A DNA stretch of 29,955 nucleotides from Nannocystales bacterium (GTDB taxonomy: Bacteria > Myxococcota_A > Polyangia > Nannocystales > Nannocystaceae), in NCBI GenBank assembly GCA_050633305.1, contig JBOEGF010000072.1, positions 1 through 29,955 of the forward strand, in the 5' to 3' direction. The first letter of the stretch is position 1. Each line of letters begins with the position of its first letter. Below the pieces are notes generated by a model that worked only from the letters and a program-made list of their open reading frames with translations, did not search any database and was not told the origin of the DNA. The position numbers and the translations under genes are program-made. Positions 26,919-29,955 of the stretch are shown piece by piece.

Positions 26919-29192
26919 ATGCGTGTACGCGCGGCGCTCTACTGGATCGCCCTCACAATGTGCGCTTGCGGTGTCCGCCCCGAACTTCACCCGCCCAGTC
27001 GAGAGACTCGACCGCGCTGCGACGCTGCCATCGACGACCCGTTCCGAGAACTCGAGCAGCTCGATGACGCCGATGTCGTCGCTTGGATGAAGCGAGAGAG
27101 CCGAGACACCGAGGCGGCGCTGAGCAGTCTCCCTGACGTCGAAGGTTTCGCCTCCGCGCTGCGGGCAATCGGCGACGTGGAGGCGGACCCGATCGGTGTG
27201 GAAATCGTCCGAGGGAGCCGGCGTTTTCTTTGGGGGAGCGATGGGCGGCTGCGGTTGGCGTCCGAGGGACACCCGACTCGGGTGCTCTACGACCCACAGA
27301 CGACGCCATTCGATGGATACAACGTGATCAACTACATCCAGCCCAGTTGGTCCGGAGCGCACGTGGTCGTGAGCCTGACCAAGGAGGGCGAGGAAATCTC
27401 TCGGCTGCGAGTTCTGGATGTGGACACCGGAGAGCCTCGCCCGGAGACCATCTCCCACGCATGGCCATCGGACGGAGGCGGCGTGCACTGGTTGCCCGAT
27501 GACTCGGGGTTCGTCTACCTCCACTACCCTGTCGTCGATCCAAGAGCCGACGGTTTCCTGCACGACATGACGTCGGTGCTGTATCGCTTGGGCGAAGACC
27601 CCACAGTCTTGCATGAGGTGTTCTCCGCCACGCAGTCGCCAACGCTGGACATCGAAGCGCACGACTACCCGATGGTGTTCATCCCGGGCGCGGACAGCCG
27701 CTACGCCGTCGCCTTGGTTGCGGGAGCAGCATCGTTCTCCGACCACTACCTCGCCCCCATCGAATCGTTGCACGCCGGCGCGCCGACATGGACTCGAGTC
27801 GCTCGGGCACAGGACAAGGTCGCTCAGCTCGCGATTCTCGGAGACCATCTCGTCGCCCTTTCTGCCCGAGACACACCGCGCTTCCAGATCCTCGCGACGC
27901 CAGTGGACGCAGGTGGGCTCGAGCACGCCGACCTCTGGGTCGACCCCCCGCCGGGGGAAGTCCTCACGTCGATGGCGGTCGGAGCCGAAGGCCTGGTGTT
28001 CGCGACGGGGCGAGATGGGGTGGTCGCTTCCCTGTACCACCGCGCACATGGAGGCACGGTCCGACCGTTGGCTCTTCCCGAGGCCTTTGGCGAGCTGAGG
28101 CTCGGGGAGGACGACTGGACCCCAGGCTCCTCGGCGACCTCAGACAACATGGTCACCGTGCGCGGCGGCGGATGGCTCTCCCCTCGGGTCCGGTACCGTC
28201 ATCGCATTGGGAGCGACGCGTTTGAGATTCAGGGTGGCCCGACTGCGGCGTTTGAGGACCTCGTCGTCGAAGAACGCTCGGTCACCACCCCCGACGGCGC
28301 CACCGTCCCCCTGTCGCTCATTCGCAGGCGTGACGTGGAGGCTGGCCCCGAAACGCCCATGCTGCTCTATGGCTATGGCGCATATGGGATGACTGCGGTC
28401 CCGGTCGTCTTCCCGCCACTGCTCGCCTGGGCCCGACGTGGGGGCATCGCGGCAGTGGCCCACGTCCGTGGCGGCGGCGAGCGGGGCACAGCGTGGCATG
28501 AAGCCGGGCGAAAGCTCACCAAGCCGAACACGTGGCGGGATCTCATCGCGTGTGCCGAGGACCTGCACGCGGCGGGGCTCGGTCGTCCGCAACAGACGGC
28601 GATCTGGGGCCGGAGCGCCGGGGGGCTCATGGTTGGACGTGCGATGACAGAGCGTCCCGACCTGTTCGGTGCGGTACTCGCCGACGTTGGCCTGCTCAAC
28701 CCGATTCGGCTCGAGGCGTCGGCCAACGGCGACAACAGTGCCAAGGAGTTCGGCAACATCAACGACCCCGAGGAGTGCCAGGGACTCCTCGAGATGGACG
28801 CGTACCTCCACATCGACGCATCCGCGCACTATCCCCCCACGTTGGTGGCCACCGGGATCCACGACGCACGCGTCGACCCGTGGATGTCGACCAAGTTCGC
28901 CGCCAGGCTACAGACTGCACAAGGCGGCCCGGTCCGGCTCTGGGTGGACTACGCGGGCGGCCATGGCCTCGACGTCACGGTCGAGGCCGCCCGCGCCCGA
29001 ACAGCGCGGCTCCTGGCCTTCGCATGGGAGCACACGACCGCCGCGGCGAAAACGGTTCCGTCCGCGTCCAGCACGCTAGGGGGTGTCCTCAATTCGACTC
29101 CAGCCAGAGCATCGAGCAGGCGAACTGGACCAACGCCAGAAAGTTGCGGCCGGTCTTCTCGTAGCGCGTCGCGATGGCACGGAAGCGTTTGA
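26919..29192 (+). CDS. Prolyl oligopeptidase (S9A) lipoprotein; last ~37 residues are IS-derived
   Basis: Lipobox MCAC, DDPFRELE, LLYGYGAYG, HVRGGGE, GRSAGG (Ser), HDARVDP (Asp), GGHG (His); reads into the IS at 29080. Confidence 0.9.
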   Translation: MRVRAALYWIALTMCACGVRPELHPPSRETRPRCDAAIDDPFRELEQLDDADVVAWMKRESRDTEAALSSLPDVEGFASALRAIGDVEADPIGVEIVRGSRRFLWGSDGRLRLASEGHPTRVLYDPQTTPFDGYNVINYIQPSWSGAHVVVSLTKEGEEISRLRVLDVDTGEPRPETISHAWPSDGGGVHWLPDDSGFVYLHYPVVDPRADGFLHDMTSVLYRLGEDPTVLHEVFSATQSPTLDIEAHDYPMVFIPGADSRYAVALVAGAASFSDHYLAPIESLHAGAPTWTRVARAQDKVAQLAILGDHLVALSARDTPRFQILATPVDAGGLEHADLWVDPPPGEVLTSMAVGAEGLVFATGRDGVVASLYHRAHGGTVRPLALPEAFGELRLGEDDWTPGSSATSDNMVTVRGGGWLSPRVRYRHRIGSDAFEIQGGPTAAFEDLVVEERSVTTPDGATVPLSLIRRRDVEAGPETPMLLYGYGAYGMTAVPVVFPPLLAWARRGGIAAVAHVRGGGERGTAWHEAGRKLTKPNTWRDLIACAEDLHAAGLGRPQQTAIWGRSAGGLMVGRAMTERPDLFGAVLADVGLLNPIRLEASANGDNSAKEFGNINDPEECQGLLEMDAYLHIDASAHYPPTLVATGIHDARVDPWMSTKFAARLQTAQGGPVRLWVDYAGGHGLDVTVEAARARTARLLAFAWEHTTAAAKTVPSASSTLGGVLNSTPARASSRRTGPTPESCGRSSRSASRWHGSV

Positions 29193-29951
29193 GACGGTGG
29201 AAGAAGCACTCAACCAGGTACCGAGTCGCGTAGATCTTTCGGTTCAGCTTGAGCAGCCGCCGCTTCCGACTGCGATTCGGGCAGATGACCGGGCGCATCC
29301 CGACGGCTCGGACGGCGTCGATGATCTCATTCGAGTCGTAGCCCGCATCGGCGAGGAAGTACTTGCCGCGCGCGTGTTCGAGGAGGTCCCTGGCGACGGT
29401 GCTCTCGTGTCGTTGGCCTTGTGTCAGCTGGACATGCAACGGCCGCCCTTTCGCCGTCACAATGGCGTGGAGCTTCGTTGAAAAGCCTCCGCGAGAATGT
29501 CCCAGAGCATTTCTCTCGATCCCCCTTTTTCGCCGGCGGCATCGAGATGCGCTCGGACGATGGTCGCGTCGACAATCGATCCCTCTTGGTCTTCGTCGTC
29601 GAGTTCGATGGAAAGTGCGGCGAACATGATCTCCCAAAGGCCCGCCGCCGACCATCGGTTGAACCGGTTGTAGACCGTCTTCCACGGCCCGAAACGTTCG
29701 GGAAGGTCGCGCCACGGGATGCCCGTCTTGGCGCGGTAGAGGACCGCGTTGATGAACTCGCGGTCACCGATCTTCGGCTTCGGGCCGGGTCGACTTGCGT
29801 CGAGAATCTGCTCAAGCCGCTGCCAGTTGGGGTCGCTCAGAGCATGACGTCGCACCAAGATCTTTGATCACGGACGGCCCAAACGGGCAACTCAGCCGCT
29901 TAACCGATCGAGATAATTCAGGTTCTCCGTTCACCGAATTGAGGACACCCC
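29080..29951 (-). mobile_element. Complete IS5-family insertion sequence (IS427-like group), about 872 bp
   Basis: Perfect terminal inverted repeats GGGGTGTCCTCAATTCG (29080-29096; 29935-29951), each flanked by CTAG (29076-29079; 29952-29955). The exact TIR/target boundary (TA versus CTAG) is ambiguous. Confidence 0.93.
29089..29858 (-). CDS. IS5-family transposase in two frames joined by a -1 frameshift at AAAAAGGGGG (29530-29521)
   Basis: OrfA: LSDPNW..NAVLYRAKTGIPWRDLPERFGPWKTVYNRFNRW..IVDATIVRAH. OrfB: GHSRGGFSTKLH..LADAGYDS..RYLVECFFHRLKRFRAIATRYEK. Confidence 0.9.
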
Positions 29952-29955
29952 CTAG

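Noticed and set aside
29521..29530. Transposase frame break as pseudogenisation
   Set aside because: An A5G5 run at the OrfA/OrfB junction is the usual programmed -1 site in two-ORF IS5-family elements; known, not decay.

Overview
GC-rich window, most likely from a myxobacterium (Myxococcota, Nannocystales-like). This is inferred from a MYXO-CTERM-type tail, acidic-linker lipoproteins, a DUF1549/DUF1501 pair and a yhbH-spoVR pair. Most of it is ordinary chromosome: a thioredoxin-fold redoxin, a sigma54 activator with a divergent acyltransferase, NRDE, a TM-helix membrane protein, tRNA-Ile2(CAU), a zinc-ribbon protein, argH, SCP2, a Cys-rich surface protein, a methyltransferase-Nudix-like fusion, a lipoprotein/cytochrome c cluster (octaheme cytochrome plus two paralogous lipoproteins with atypical CX6CH/CX4CH motifs), LysR, PP2C-spoVR-yhbH, and a prolyl oligopeptidase with a complete IS5-family element in its last codons. 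The standout is at the left edge and is missed by the ORF track: a compact histidyl-tRNA synthetase-like gene (652..<1, minus) split by a +1 frameshift. The shift site GGAGG-TAT-CTT-CAT copies the prfB/RF2 frameshift cassette but has a His codon where prfB has UGA. Upstream lie a short His-containing leader ORF and alternative RNA pairings. Together these suggest a histidyl-tRNA-sensing recoding switch. This is a hypothesis from sequence alone; a one-base indel or sequencing error cannot be excluded.
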